From an uncultured Clostridia bacterium (GTDB lineage Bacteria > Bacillota > Clostridia > Lachnospirales > Anaerotignaceae): DNA of 64,000 bases. This document shows, piece after piece, positions 8,356-18,119 of this stretch. The position numbers and the translations under genes were made by a program. The notes below the pieces were generated by a model. The model searched no databases, was not told the origin of the DNA, and worked only from the letters and a program-made list of their open reading frames with translations. Position 1 is the first letter of the stretch. Every line of letters begins with the position of its first letter. Where the stretch lies: contig CALWGC010000022.1 of the NCBI GenBank assembly GCA_944378105.1, positions 96,944 to 160,943 on the forward strand, read 5' to 3'.

Positions 8356-9438
8356 TTATTGTGCAGCCTTCACTTTGATCCAAAGTTCTGCCAATTTTTG
8401 TTTCAACACTTCGTTGTCTTTGAAGATTTCGTCTTTTTCATAGCCGTCTCTTGGCAAATAAGCTTCGTTGTCGGCATAATAACCGCCTTCGCCGGTCATG
8501 GCATCCAACACTTCCTGGTTACTGGAAGCATAGCCTACATATTCGCTGTTGCCATAAGAAGCGTCATAGGTCAATACATAGTTGATAAATTCATGGGCTA
8601 ATTCTGGGTTTTCTGCATTGGCCGGAATCACCATGGCGTCGCTCCAAAGGTTGGTGCCTTCCATTGGCATAAAGAAGCCCATGTCTGGGTTTTCATCCAA
8701 AATCACCGCTGCATCACCGCTATATACCACGGCCAGGCTCTTGGTGCCGCTCATCATATTGTCAATGACTTCGTCGGTTACATAGGTTGGTTCCATGGTG
8801 TCGTTCAGTTCTTGCAGCCATTCATAAGCAGCCTGGATTTCTGCTTCGTCTTCGGTGTTCATGGAGTAGCCCAATGCTTTAAAGGCCATCATAAAGGAGT
8901 CGCGTTCCGAGTCATAGATATACACATCGCCTTTGTAATCGGTATTTTTCAAAATGTTCCAGCCCTGTTCTTCCAACAGTTCCAAAGGCACATTGTTCTT
9001 GTTGTATACAATGCCTACACTGCCCCAGAAATAAGGCACAGAATATTGATTGCCTGGATCATAATCCAAGTTGGTCAGGTTTTCGGCCAGATTGGACAAG
9101 TTTGGAATCTTGCTGTGATCCAATTCCATCAACATATCTTCTGCCATCAACCGTTCAATCATATAGTCGGAAGGTACCAAAACGTCGTAAGCATCGCCTG
9201 CTTGCAGTTTGGTATACATCATTTCGTTGGAATCGAAATATTCCACGATCACTTTGACACCAAATTCGTCTTCGAAGTCGGAAATTAGGTTTTCACCCAT
9301 GTATTCCCCCCAGTTATACAGCTTTAACGTATCAGAGCTGTATTTGCTTTCTGCTTCGCTTCCGCTTTCCGAAGAACTGCTGCTGCAACCGCTCAACACC
9401 AGTGCAGCCCCCAACATCAATGCAAAAATTCTTTTCAT
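8356..9438 (-). CDS. potD: Spermidine/putrescine ABC transporter substrate-binding lipoprotein
   Basis: 360 aa. Lipobox LSGC. Sequence resembles the PotD family. It is the last gene of a potA-B-C-D arrangement with overlapping stops and starts. Confidence 0.85.
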   Translation of the reverse strand: MKRIFALMLGAALVLSGCSSSSSESGSEAESKYSSDTLKLYNWGEYMGENLISDFEDEFGVKVIVEYFDSNEMMYTKLQAGDAYDVLVPSDYMIERLMAEDMLMELDHSKIPNLSNLAENLTNLDYDPGNQYSVPYFWGSVGIVYNKNNVPLELLEEQGWNILKNTDYKGDVYIYDSERDSFMMAFKALGYSMNTEDEAEIQAAYEWLQELNDTMEPTYVTDEVIDNMMSGTKSLAVVYSGDAAVILDENPDMGFFMPMEGTNLWSDAMVIPANAENPELAHEFINYVLTYDASYGNSEYVGYASSNQEVLDAMTGEGGYYADNEAYLPRDGYEKDEIFKDNEVLKQKLAELWIKVKAAQ

Positions 9439-10229
9439 TTCACCCTTTTCCTTTCTTTTAACATTGGAATAATATTGATCAGCAGCAATACCACCGTAAT
9501 GAGCAAAATCACAATGGTGGAAAGCGCGTTGATCGACGGATTGACCCGTTTACTCATGGTGTAAACGAGAATGGAAATGTTGCTGACCCCGTTACCAGTC
9601 ACAAAATAAGAGATGATAAAGTCGTCAAAACTCATGGTAAAGGCAATCAGCGCCCCGGAAATAATGCCCGGCATAATCTGCGGTACAATCACCTTTAAAA
9701 GCGCCTGCCAAGGGGTGGCCCCCAGGTCCATACAGGCGTCGGCCAAGTTGGGATCAAGGCTACGCAATTTCGGCGATACGCTTAACATCACATAAGGCGT
9801 ACAAAACATAATGTGGGCCAGCACCATGGTCAAAAACCCTTTTTTCACCCCAAGGGCACTGAAAAACATCAAAAGCCCAATGGCCGTCACAATTTCTGGG
9901 TTCATAATGGGCAAATCGTTGATGTGCTCCACCGTCGCCTTTAAAATTTTGTTGCTTTTGGAAAGGCCAATGGCCGAAATGGTGCCCACAATGGTGGAAA
10001 CCACCGTTGCAATCAAAGCCACGGCAATGGTATAGAAAACGGCATCCATCATGTCGTTACTGGAAAACATTTTTTCGTACCATTGCAGCGAAAACCCGTT
10101 TAAATGGGTCAAGGATCGGTTTCCGTTGAAGGAAAACACAATGATATACAGGATGGGAGCATAGAAAAAAGCAAATAAAACGGCCATCCAAATCTTGGAA
10201 AAAATCCGTGGTTTTTCTTTCATGCTCAC
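9435..10229 (-). CDS. potC: Spermidine/putrescine ABC transporter permease
   Basis: 264 aa polytopic protein with the ABC permease EAA-like loop (DLGATPWQALLKVIVP). Shows 4-nt overlaps with both neighbours. Confidence 0.85.
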   Translation of the reverse strand: MSMKEKPRIFSKIWMAVLFAFFYAPILYIIVFSFNGNRSLTHLNGFSLQWYEKMFSSNDMMDAVFYTIAVALIATVVSTIVGTISAIGLSKSNKILKATVEHINDLPIMNPEIVTAIGLLMFFSALGVKKGFLTMVLAHIMFCTPYVMLSVSPKLRSLDPNLADACMDLGATPWQALLKVIVPQIMPGIISGALIAFTMSFDDFIISYFVTGNGVSNISILVYTMSKRVNPSINALSTIVILLITVVLLLINIIPMLKERKRVK

Positions 10230-11059
10230 ACCCCTCTCTCATCCACATTGCGGTCTACTTTTTTGGTGATATACATGGAAATCATGATAATCACTGCCAT
10301 AATCATGGAAATGGCCGAACCAAAGTTCCAGTTGCCGCTGGTCAAAAACTGGCTTTCGATGACGTTACCGATGAGCACAAACTGGCCGCCACCCAGAAGC
10401 TTTGGAATAAAGAAACTGGATACGGCCGGCAAAAATACCAGCGTAATGCCGCTGATGACACCAGGCATCGATAGCGGCAGCGTCACCCGCAAAAACCGCT
10501 GCACCCGGTCGGCCCCCAAGTCGTTGGCCGCTTCCAACAGGCTTTTATCCATTTTCGTTAACGATGTATGAATCTGCAAAATCATGAATGGTAAAAAGTT
10601 ATATACCATCCCCAGCACCACTGCAAAGGACGTGTGGAGCATTTTGATGGGTTCTAAGCCAAACAGGCCCAAAAAGCTATTGATGATCCCATCGTCTTGC
10701 AAAATCCCCATCCAGGCATAGGTGCGCACCAACATGTTAATCCAGGTGGGAATGGTGACCAAAAGCACCAAGCGCATATGCCAGTTGGGACGGGCATTGG
10801 CAATGAAGTAAGCCGTGGGATAGCCCAGCAATATACAGACGATGGTGGTCAAAATGGCAATCCATAAACTGCGTTTGAGCACATCCAAAAAGATGGCATC
10901 GCTAAAAAAGTAAGCAAAGTTTTCCAGCGTAAATCGGAATGTGGTGACGTCGTTTCCCTTCTGGGTGAAGGCATACATCACAATCATCAACATGGGCACC
11001 ACAATCATAATACCAATCCACACCAGATAGGGATAGAGCATGGTTTTAAAATGACGCAT
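10226..11059 (-). CDS. potB: Spermidine/putrescine ABC transporter permease
   Basis: 277 aa polytopic protein with the EAA-like loop (EAANDLGADRVQRFLRVTLP). Confidence 0.85.
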   Translation of the reverse strand: MRHFKTMLYPYLVWIGIMIVVPMLMIVMYAFTQKGNDVTTFRFTLENFAYFFSDAIFLDVLKRSLWIAILTTIVCILLGYPTAYFIANARPNWHMRLVLLVTIPTWINMLVRTYAWMGILQDDGIINSFLGLFGLEPIKMLHTSFAVVLGMVYNFLPFMILQIHTSLTKMDKSLLEAANDLGADRVQRFLRVTLPLSMPGVISGITLVFLPAVSSFFIPKLLGGGQFVLIGNVIESQFLTSGNWNFGSAISMIMAVIIMISMYITKKVDRNVDERGV

Positions 11060-12630
11060 CAGTATCCCCCTTTGCTCATGATGTGAATATCTTCTGGCGT
11101 AAAGGCAAGGCCCACTTCTTCTCCTTCTTGATATTCGTCGGTGGTATCCACTTTATAGACATAGCCTTGGGTTTTGAATGTGACATCATAATCGCCCACG
11201 GTGATATTTTCTGGATCAAAGTCATATTCCACATCGGTGATTTCCACCGCCGAGTCGTCCACCAAGCTCCAGGCCGAAGCATTGGCCCAAGTTTTCAAGT
11301 CTGTTTCCAGGGCAATACTTTCGTTGATTTCGTCCACTTTCTTAAAGAAGTTTACGGCATAAATTTCTTCCTGGTACTCGTTGCTGACAATGCGGTTTTC
11401 TTCCCGCACAATCATGTTGGCTGTGGCTTTGGTGCCTTGGGCCGTGGAGAAAACAACGGGATAGACGCCGTTTTTCGGTTCGATATGGTATTCCACTTTG
11501 CTGATGGAAATCAGGCTATCGGTATCCGGGTTCCAGGCCTGGGCGTCGGCCCGGGCGATGATGTCGGCATCGGTCAGCTCTTCCACGTCACTGATGTCCA
11601 AATAGAAATCATTGGCGCTCATCTTTTCGTTGGCCGCCGTGTTGAAGGTTGGGCGGTCTTCGGAAACGTGCATTTTTACGGTGATGCTGGTGCCGGCTCT
11701 CGTTTCCACCATGGTTTCATAATGGACGCCTTTAAAAAGCACCGATTTCACCACGCCTTTAAGCAACCCTTTTTCCTTTGGCACAATGTCCAAGTCCTCC
11801 GGACGGATGACCACGTCTACTTTTTCGTTTTCGCCAAAGCCGCTATCCACACAAACAAAACGCTTATCTTCAAAAATCACTTCTTTGTCCTTCACCATCA
11901 CGCCGTCGATGATGTTGCTTTCGCCAATGAAGTTGGCCACAAAACGGTTGACCGGTTCGTTATAAATATCCGTCGGGGTCCCAATTTGCTGGATTTCGCC
12001 GTCGTTCATAACCACAATCTTATCGCTCATAGTCAAGGCTTCTTCCTGGTCATGGGTAACATAGATAAACGTAATCCCCACTTCTTTTTGGATTTTCTTT
12101 AACTCGTGCTGCATTTCTTTACGCAGTTTCAAGTCCAAGGCTCCCAAAGGCTCGTCCAAAAGCAGCACCATGGGCTCGTTGACCAAGGCCCGGGCGATGG
12201 CCACCCGCTGTTGCTGGCCGCCGCTCATTTCGGTGACGCTTCGCTTGGCGTAGTCTTCCAAATTCACCAGCTTCAGCATACGTTTTACTTTCTGTTCGAT
12301 GATGTCCTTGGGTTCTTTCTTGATTTTCAGCCCAAAAGCCACATTGTCGTATACATTCATATGGGGAAAGAGGGCATATTTTTGAAACACCGTGTTGATT
12401 TCCCGTTTATAAGGCGGAAGATTGCTGATTTCCTCTCCGTCAAACAGCACCTCGCCTTGATTGGGGCTTAAAAACCCGCCCAAAATCCGCAACAATGTCG
12501 TCTTGCCGCAGCCGGAAGGGCCCAGCAGCGTCACAAATTCATTTTCATAAATATCCAAATTGATGCCTTTGAGCACCAGCTGTCCGTCAAATTCTTTGAC
12601 GATGTTTTTAAACTGAATCAGCTTTTTCAT
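11059..12630 (-). CDS. potA: Spermidine/putrescine ABC transporter ATPase carrying a ~175-aa insertion in the C-terminal regulatory (TOBE-like) domain
   Basis: 523 aa. Walker [10 protein letters not shown], signature MSGGQQQR, Walker B LLLDEP. The C-terminal end [16 protein letters not shown] is PotA-like. Residues ~314-488 have no counterpart in ~370-385-aa PotA proteins as I recall them. Confidence 0.9.
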   Translation of the reverse strand: MKKLIQFKNIVKEFDGQLVLKGINLDIYENEFVTLLGPSGCGKTTLLRILGGFLSPNQGEVLFDGEEISNLPPYKREINTVFQKYALFPHMNVYDNVAFGLKIKKEPKDIIEQKVKRMLKLVNLEDYAKRSVTEMSGGQQQRVAIARALVNEPMVLLLDEPLGALDLKLRKEMQHELKKIQKEVGITFIYVTHDQEEALTMSDKIVVMNDGEIQQIGTPTDIYNEPVNRFVANFIGESNIIDGVMVKDKEVIFEDKRFVCVDSGFGENEKVDVVIRPEDLDIVPKEKGLLKGVVKSVLFKGVHYETMVETRAGTSITVKMHVSEDRPTFNTAANEKMSANDFYLDISDVEELTDADIIARADAQAWNPDTDSLISISKVEYHIEPKNGVYPVVFSTAQGTKATANMIVREENRIVSNEYQEEIYAVNFFKKVDEINESIALETDLKTWANASAWSLVDDSAVEITDVEYDFDPENITVGDYDVTFKTQGYVYKVDTTDEYQEGEEVGLAFTPEDIHIMSKGGY

Positions 12631-12645
12631 GGCGTCCTCCCCGGT

Positions 12646-13182
12646 TTAAAATAATGGCGGTGTTGATACCCAAATGAGTTTTGCCGTTGTTTTTTTGTCA
12701 TTGCGGAGAAAATGGAAATTTTTCCCGTGCAGATAAAAGGTCTCCCCTTTTTTCACCACATACTGCTTTTCCCCGTCATGCAGTGTCACCCTTCCCTCCA
12801 GCACAAAGCCAAACTCCTCTCCATCGTGGGGGGCCACTTCAAAGGTGTTTTGTCCCGGCAAAAGCTCGATTAACATCGGCTCCATTTCGTTCTTTTGGGA
12901 ATTGGGCACAATCCAATGGATGGTATATTCTTCTTTTTCGTCCACAAAAAAGTCGTCCTTTTCAAAGACCACCTTTTCGTCCTTGTCTTCCCGGAAAAAT
13001 TCCGAAAGACTGGTGCCCAGCGCCTCCAAAATGTCGTTGAGGGTGGCAATGGAAGGGGATGTGAGATTTCTCTCCAGCTGAGAAAGAAAGCCTTTGGTCA
13101 GCTCGCAGCGGCTGGCCAGCTCTTCCAAGGTCAAGTCCTTCTGGCTGCGCAATTGTTTGATTTTTGCTCCGATATCCAACAA
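12646..13182 (-). CDS. XRE-family HTH regulator with a C-terminal cupin domain (PuuR-like)
   Basis: 178 aa. N-terminal HTH is IKQLRSQKDLTLEELASRCELTKGFLSQLERN. The C-terminal part is a cupin-like beta-barrel. Lies 15 nt upstream of potA on the same strand. Confidence 0.8.
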   Translation of the reverse strand: MLDIGAKIKQLRSQKDLTLEELASRCELTKGFLSQLERNLTSPSIATLNDILEALGTSLSEFFREDKDEKVVFEKDDFFVDEKEEYTIHWIVPNSQKNEMEPMLIELLPGQNTFEVAPHDGEEFGFVLEGRVTLHDGEKQYVVKKGETFYLHGKNFHFLRNDKKTTAKLIWVSTPPLF

Positions 13183-13244
13183 AACTGCTCCTTTCTCGAT
13201 ATACTAATACTAAACAAAAAAGACTTCTTTATTAAACCTCAATC

Positions 13245-13272
13245 ATTATACTATACCGTAAAAAAAATGCAA
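13245..13272 (-). promoter_or_regulatory. Candidate sigma-A promoter of the regulator-potABCD operon
   Basis: On the minus strand: TTGCAT, 16-nt spacer, TATAAT. Confidence 0.4.
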
Positions 13273-13458
13273 CAAAAATAAAACAAAAAGTTTGATTTCA
13301 GTAAACTACATAACAAAATTTCAAATTTAATCCCCATTTTTCAACATTTTATCTAAACCTTCCAACCTCTTCCATGGGCGGCTTTTCGTTGGGTGATTGT
13401 AAAGAAAAAATATGGTGTTTGTAAACTTTTCGTATGGTTTTTTTCTTCTTTTCTGTGG

Positions 13459-13487
13459 TTGAATGGGGAGAGGGAGTATGATAAAAT
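13459..13487 (+). promoter_or_regulatory. Candidate sigma-A promoter of the HAD / ABC-F / HD gene group
   Basis: TTGAAT, 17-nt spacer, TGaTAAAAT (extended -10). Lies ~45 nt upstream of the ATG at 13532. Confidence 0.45.
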
Positions 13488-13531
13488 AAATCGAAATGGA
13501 TGATTCTTACATCTTTTTTAGGAGGTTTTTT

Positions 13532-14374
13532 ATGCAGACCAATACATACCCCAGGCTCATCGCCTGTGATTTAGATGGTACTTTATTAAACAGCAAAAAA
13601 GAAATGAGCCAAGACCTTACTCAAACCCTGGAAGCCTTGATGGAACAAGGCATTTGGTTTGTGCCCGTCACCGGCCGCTGTTTCCAGGCCGTTCCAAGTC
13701 AGGTCCTCTCTCTTTCAGGGCTTCGCTATGTGGTCACCTCCAATGGCGCTGCCGCCGATGACTGCAAAACCCAAAAACGCCTTTTTACCACATCCCTGCC
13801 ATCCAAAGAAGTCTCCCATTTGTTCCACACCTATTTTCCCCTGCCCATTTTAACGGAAGTATTTTTAGACGGCCATGCCTATATCGACCAGGCGGCCTGG
13901 GACCAACTGGACCAATTTGGCCTTTCCGAAACATCGTATCACTATGTGCGCCGCACCCGCAAACCGGTGGAGCACTTGCCTGCTTTCGTTTCCGACCATG
14001 TGCAAGAACTGGAAAACATCAACCTCGTCTTTCGCGATCCCGCCTTGCGCCTGCAAACCTTGTCCAAACTACAGCAAAACCCAGCCATCACCGTCACCAG
14101 CTCCTCTGCCGCCAATTTGGAAATCACCCACCCCTGCGCCACCAAAGGCCATGCCCTGCAAACCATCTGCAACCTGCTTCATCTTTCGCCCCAAGACGTG
14201 GTGGCCTTTGGCGATAGCCCCAACGATGCCGATATGCTTCGCTTTACCCCCCATAGCTATGCCATGGCAGGCGGTTCTGCCGAAATTTTGCAAACGGCGG
14301 CCCATACCACCGCCTCCTGCGATGAAGAAGGGGTTTTGGTGGCCCTGCGAGAAATCTTTCACAAAATTTTGTAG
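13532..14374 (+). CDS. Cof-type HAD-IIB family hydrolase (sugar-phosphatase-like)
   Basis: ORF trimmed to MQTNTYPRLIACDLDGTLLNS (DxDGT motif) with RBS AGGAGG. C-terminal GDSPNDADM motif. Confidence 0.85.
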   Translation: MQTNTYPRLIACDLDGTLLNSKKEMSQDLTQTLEALMEQGIWFVPVTGRCFQAVPSQVLSLSGLRYVVTSNGAAADDCKTQKRLFTTSLPSKEVSHLFHTYFPLPILTEVFLDGHAYIDQAAWDQLDQFGLSETSYHYVRRTRKPVEHLPAFVSDHVQELENINLVFRDPALRLQTLSKLQQNPAITVTSSSAANLEITHPCATKGHALQTICNLLHLSPQDVVAFGDSPNDADMLRFTPHSYAMAGGSAEILQTAAHTTASCDEEGVLVALREIFHKIL

Positions 14375-14440
14375 TTGAAATTGTGCGGTTTTTAAGCTAA
14401 AATAAAAACGTTTCTATTGTACGAAAGAGAAGGAGTCTTC

Positions 14441-15997
14441 ATGAGTATTTTAACGGTGCAACATTTAAACCATGGCTTTGGCGACCGCGCCATTTTCCGC
14501 AACGTCTCCTTTCGGCTTTTGAAAGGCGAACATATTGGCTTGGTGGGCGCCAACGGCGAAGGAAAGTCCACCTTTTTCCGCATTGTCACCGGCGCTTTGA
14601 TGCCGGACGAAGGAACCATCGAATGGAGCAAACATGTCAAAGCCGGTTATTTGGATCAACATACCGTCCTGGAACCGTCCCAAACCATTGGGGACGTGTT
14701 GCGCAGCGCATTTTTGCCTTTGTTTGAAGAAGAAGCAGAAATGAACGATTTGTGCGCCCGCATGGGCGAGGCCAGCGAAGAGGAATTAAACGAAATGCTG
14801 GAACGCTTGGGCGAAATTCAAGACGATTTGACCAACCACGATTTTTATGTCATCGACGCCAAGGTGGAAGAAGTGGCAAGGGCGCTGGGGCTTTTGGATT
14901 TAGGGTTAGAGCGCAGTGTAACAGAGCTTTCCGGCGGCCAAAGAACCAAGGTGCTTTTGGGAAAACTGCTGTTAGAAAAACCGGATATTTTGCTTTTGGA
15001 CGAACCCACCAACTACCTGGACGAAAGCCATATTTTGTGGCTGACCCGCTATTTACAAGAATACGAAAACGCCTTTGTGCTGATCTCCCACGACATCCCG
15101 TTTTTAAATCAAGTGACCAACCTCATCTATCATGTGGAAAATGGAGAGCTGACCCGCTATGTGGGTAACTACGACCAGTTCCAGGAAGTCTATGCCGCCA
15201 AAAAAGCCCAACTGGAAGCGGCTTATCGCAAACAACAACAAGAAATGGAAGAATTGAAAGACTTTGTGGCCCGCAATAAAGCCCGTGTGGCCACCCGCAA
15301 TATGGCCATGAGCCGGCAAAAAAAGCTGGATAAAATGGAAGTCATCGAACTGGCCAAGGAAAAACCAAAGCCGGAATTTCATTTCAAAGAAGCCCGCGCC
15401 GCAAGCCGCTATCTCTTCCAGACCAAAGACCTGGTCATTGGATACGACACGCCCTTAAGCCGGCCACTGACGCTGACCATGGAGCGGGGAGAAAAAATTG
15501 CCCTCACCGGCGCCAACGGCATCGGCAAAACCACGCTCTTAAAAAGCATTCTGGGCCTCATCCCGCCCCTTTCTGGCACCACAGAATTGGGCGATTATCT
15601 GCACATCGGCTATTTTGAACAGGAACGAAAATACGAAGACAACACCACTTGTATCGACGAAATTTGGAAAGAATTTCCTTCCTATACGCAATACGAAGTC
15701 CGCTCGGCCTTGGCCAAATGCGGCTTAACCACCAAGCATATCGAAAGCCAGATGAAAGTCTTAAGCGGTGGCGAGCAGGCCAAAGTCCGTCTCTGCAAAA
15801 TCATCAACCGGGAAAGTAACTTCCTTTTGCTGGACGAACCCACCAACCACCTGGACCAGGACGCCAAAGACGAATTGAAACGTGCCTTAAAAGCCTATGG
15901 CGGCAGCATTTTATTCATCTGCCACGAGCCGGATTTTTATCAGGATATTGCCACCGCTGTGTGGAATTGTGAACAATGGACCACCCGTCAAGTGTAA
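14441..15997 (+). CDS. ABC-F family ATPase (translation-associated, no transmembrane domain)
   Basis: ORF trimmed to MSILTVQHL (RBS GAAGGAG). Two ABC cassettes (GANGEGKST/LSGGQ and GANGIGKTT/LSGGE) are joined by a charged linker (KKAQLEAAYRKQQQEMEELKDF). Confidence 0.9.
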   Translation: MSILTVQHLNHGFGDRAIFRNVSFRLLKGEHIGLVGANGEGKSTFFRIVTGALMPDEGTIEWSKHVKAGYLDQHTVLEPSQTIGDVLRSAFLPLFEEEAEMNDLCARMGEASEEELNEMLERLGEIQDDLTNHDFYVIDAKVEEVARALGLLDLGLERSVTELSGGQRTKVLLGKLLLEKPDILLLDEPTNYLDESHILWLTRYLQEYENAFVLISHDIPFLNQVTNLIYHVENGELTRYVGNYDQFQEVYAAKKAQLEAAYRKQQQEMEELKDFVARNKARVATRNMAMSRQKKLDKMEVIELAKEKPKPEFHFKEARAASRYLFQTKDLVIGYDTPLSRPLTLTMERGEKIALTGANGIGKTTLLKSILGLIPPLSGTTELGDYLHIGYFEQERKYEDNTTCIDEIWKEFPSYTQYEVRSALAKCGLTTKHIESQMKVLSGGEQAKVRLCKIINRESNFLLLDEPTNHLDQDAKDELKRALKAYGGSILFICHEPDFYQDIATAVWNCEQWTTRQV

Positions 15998-16012
15998 AGA
16001 AAGGAATTTGCC

Positions 16013-16504
16013 ATGGAACGAATGGAGCAATTGATGTTAAAAATGATGCAGCACACCGCAGGAGACGCCAAGCGCACCCAGCACTTTTTGAAGGTGCATG
16101 CCCTGGCCCGTCTCATCGGCCGGGAAGAACGGCTGGATACCTTCACCCAGTTTATCCTGGAAACGGCCGCCTTGGTGCATGACATTGGCATTTATGCCGC
16201 CATCGAAAAACACGGCAGCAGTGCCGGCACTTTCCAGGAGGAAGAAGGCCCGGCCCTGGCCAAAGAGATGCTTTCACAACTGGATTATTCCGAAGAAATC
16301 ATCGACCGAGTGCTGTTTTTGGTGGCCCATCACCATAGCACCGATTGGTTGGGCGAAGACCATCGGATTTTGCTGGAAGCCGACTATCTGGTCAATTTCT
16401 ATGAAGAAGGCTTCACCAAAGAACAAATCCAAACCACCTATGACACCGTCTTTCAGACCACCTTTGGCCGGTATTTGTGCCAAACCATGTACGGCTTATC
16501 CTAA
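16013..16504 (+). CDS. HD-domain phosphohydrolase family protein
   Basis: 163 aa. H...HD...H pattern (VHALARLIG, ALVHDIG, VAHHH). Confidence 0.75.
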   Translation: MERMEQLMLKMMQHTAGDAKRTQHFLKVHALARLIGREERLDTFTQFILETAALVHDIGIYAAIEKHGSSAGTFQEEEGPALAKEMLSQLDYSEEIIDRVLFLVAHHHSTDWLGEDHRILLEADYLVNFYEEGFTKEQIQTTYDTVFQTTFGRYLCQTMYGLS

Positions 16505-16539
16505 GGAGCGTAAAGACTGTTTTCCTTTACATCAACTTG

Positions 16540-16587
16540 AAAAAAACAGCTGAAACCCTTGCAAAACAAAGGTCCCAGCTGTTTTTT
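16540..16587. terminator. Bidirectional intrinsic terminator between convergent genes
   Basis: AAAAAAACAGCTG ... CAGCTGTTTTTT inverted repeat flanked by A and T runs, between the HD gene (+) and the MATE gene (-). Confidence 0.6.
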
Positions 16588-16631
16588 GTATGTTGTTTTC
16601 GTTTTGAGACGGGTTTGAAACACCGTCTTTT

Positions 16632-17987
16632 TTATGCCTGTTCTTCTTTTCCCAGCCGTCGGTATACCGTCCAATACATGGTCCAATAGCAGGCCACGCC
16701 ACCAATGATATTGGAAATGGGTTCGGCCAAAAAGACGCCATTGACGCCCAAATTGCCCACATGAGGCAGCCATAAGGTTAAGGGAATCACAATCAACACC
16801 TTGCGAAAGAGGGAAAAGAACACTGCCTGTTTGCTCTTTCCAAGCCCCACAAAGGAGGATTGCCCCGAAAACTGAAAGACCATAAAGAAAAATGCCGAAA
16901 AATAAAGCCGCATGGCAGATACCCCATGCTCCAAATAGGCTGGATCGTTGACAAAAATCCGGATAAACACCTGGGGCACCAAAAGCGTCAGCGCACAGGC
17001 CACCAAGCAGTAAATCCCGCCCATCCATGTGGTCACTCGAATCCCCTGCTTCACCCGATCGTATTGTTTGGCCCCATAGTTATACCCCAGCACCGGCTGG
17101 GCACCGTTGGTGATGCCGGAAACGGGCAGGCTAATGATATCCCGCACCGAGTTTAAGATGGTCATAATACCGATATATAAATCGCCGCTGACCGATTGCA
17201 GCGTGGCGTTACAGGCAATTTGCACCAAGCCATTGGTGGCCGACATGGTAAAACCGGCAAAGCCCAGCGCCACAATCTCTTTGGCATAGCCAAAATCCAG
17301 TCGAAACCAGCGTTTTCTTAAATGCAATATCGCCTCTTTTCCCGTCAAAAAGCGCAGTACCCAAAGGGCCGAAATGGCCTGGGAAATCACCGTGGCCAGA
17401 GCCGCTCCCCGCACCCCCATGTCAAAGACAAACAAAAACAAGGGGTCTAACAATAAATTGATGAGGGCCCCCACCACCGTCGTCACCATGGCAATCCGAG
17501 GAAAGCCCTGGGATGTGATGAAATAATTTAAGCCTGTGCCAAGCATGGCAAAAACCGTACCCAAAAGATACACGCTCATATAATCATAAGCATAACCATA
17601 GGTCTCGCTGCTGGCCCCAAACAAATACAGTATGGGCTTTTCCAGACAGAAAAACACCGCCATAATCACAAAGGAGCAAACAAAAAGCAACACTGCCGTG
17701 TTTCCCATCATCTTTTCCGCCCGTTCCGTCTGTCCGGCCCCTCTTGCGATGGAACACAGGGGCGCGCCGCCCATACCAAACAAATTGGTAAAGGCCGTAA
17801 TCAGCGATATAATCGGGAAAGTAATCCCCACCCCCGTTAACGCCAATCCGTTTTCCACCGGCAAATGGCCAATATAAATCCGGTCCACCACATGATAAAG
17901 CAGCTGTACAAACTGAGCCACAATCAGGGGAATGGCCTGCTGGGCAATGTGTTTTGCCACAGAACCTTCCGAAAAATCATGTTCCAT
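16632..17987 (-). CDS. MATE-family efflux transporter
   Basis: ORF trimmed to MEHDFSEGSVAKHIAQQAIPLIVAQFVQLLYHVVDRIYIGH, a typical MATE N-terminus. About 12 predicted TM segments. Confidence 0.9.
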   Translation of the reverse strand: MEHDFSEGSVAKHIAQQAIPLIVAQFVQLLYHVVDRIYIGHLPVENGLALTGVGITFPIISLITAFTNLFGMGGAPLCSIARGAGQTERAEKMMGNTAVLLFVCSFVIMAVFFCLEKPILYLFGASSETYGYAYDYMSVYLLGTVFAMLGTGLNYFITSQGFPRIAMVTTVVGALINLLLDPLFLFVFDMGVRGAALATVISQAISALWVLRFLTGKEAILHLRKRWFRLDFGYAKEIVALGFAGFTMSATNGLVQIACNATLQSVSGDLYIGIMTILNSVRDIISLPVSGITNGAQPVLGYNYGAKQYDRVKQGIRVTTWMGGIYCLVACALTLLVPQVFIRIFVNDPAYLEHGVSAMRLYFSAFFFMVFQFSGQSSFVGLGKSKQAVFFSLFRKVLIVIPLTLWLPHVGNLGVNGVFLAEPISNIIGGVACYWTMYWTVYRRLGKEEQA

Positions 17988-18055
17988 TTCCTGATCCCTC
18001 TTTTCTTTGTTGCAAAAAACCTTCTGCCGCCTCTCCCAAGCGGCAAACCCGTCCT

Positions 18056-18107
18056 CAAAAAAAGCAAATTCCCTGCCGCAGGCCACAAGCCGGCAGGCAG
18101 GGATTTG
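18056..18107 (-). terminator. Intrinsic terminator after the aminotransferase gene
   Basis: Stem AAATCCCTGCC / GGCAGGGAATTT, followed by GCUUUUUUU on the minus strand. Confidence 0.65.
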
Positions 18108-18119
18108 TCTTTGGTCCGT

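Noticed and set aside
14441-15997. The ABC-F ATPase as an antibiotic-resistance (ARE) determinant.
   Set aside because: It has only a ~65-nt upstream region with no leader peptide or attenuator hairpins of the kind seen before inducible ARE ABC-F genes. It sits in an ordinary HAD/HD housekeeping context. I cannot subclassify it without a phylogeny.
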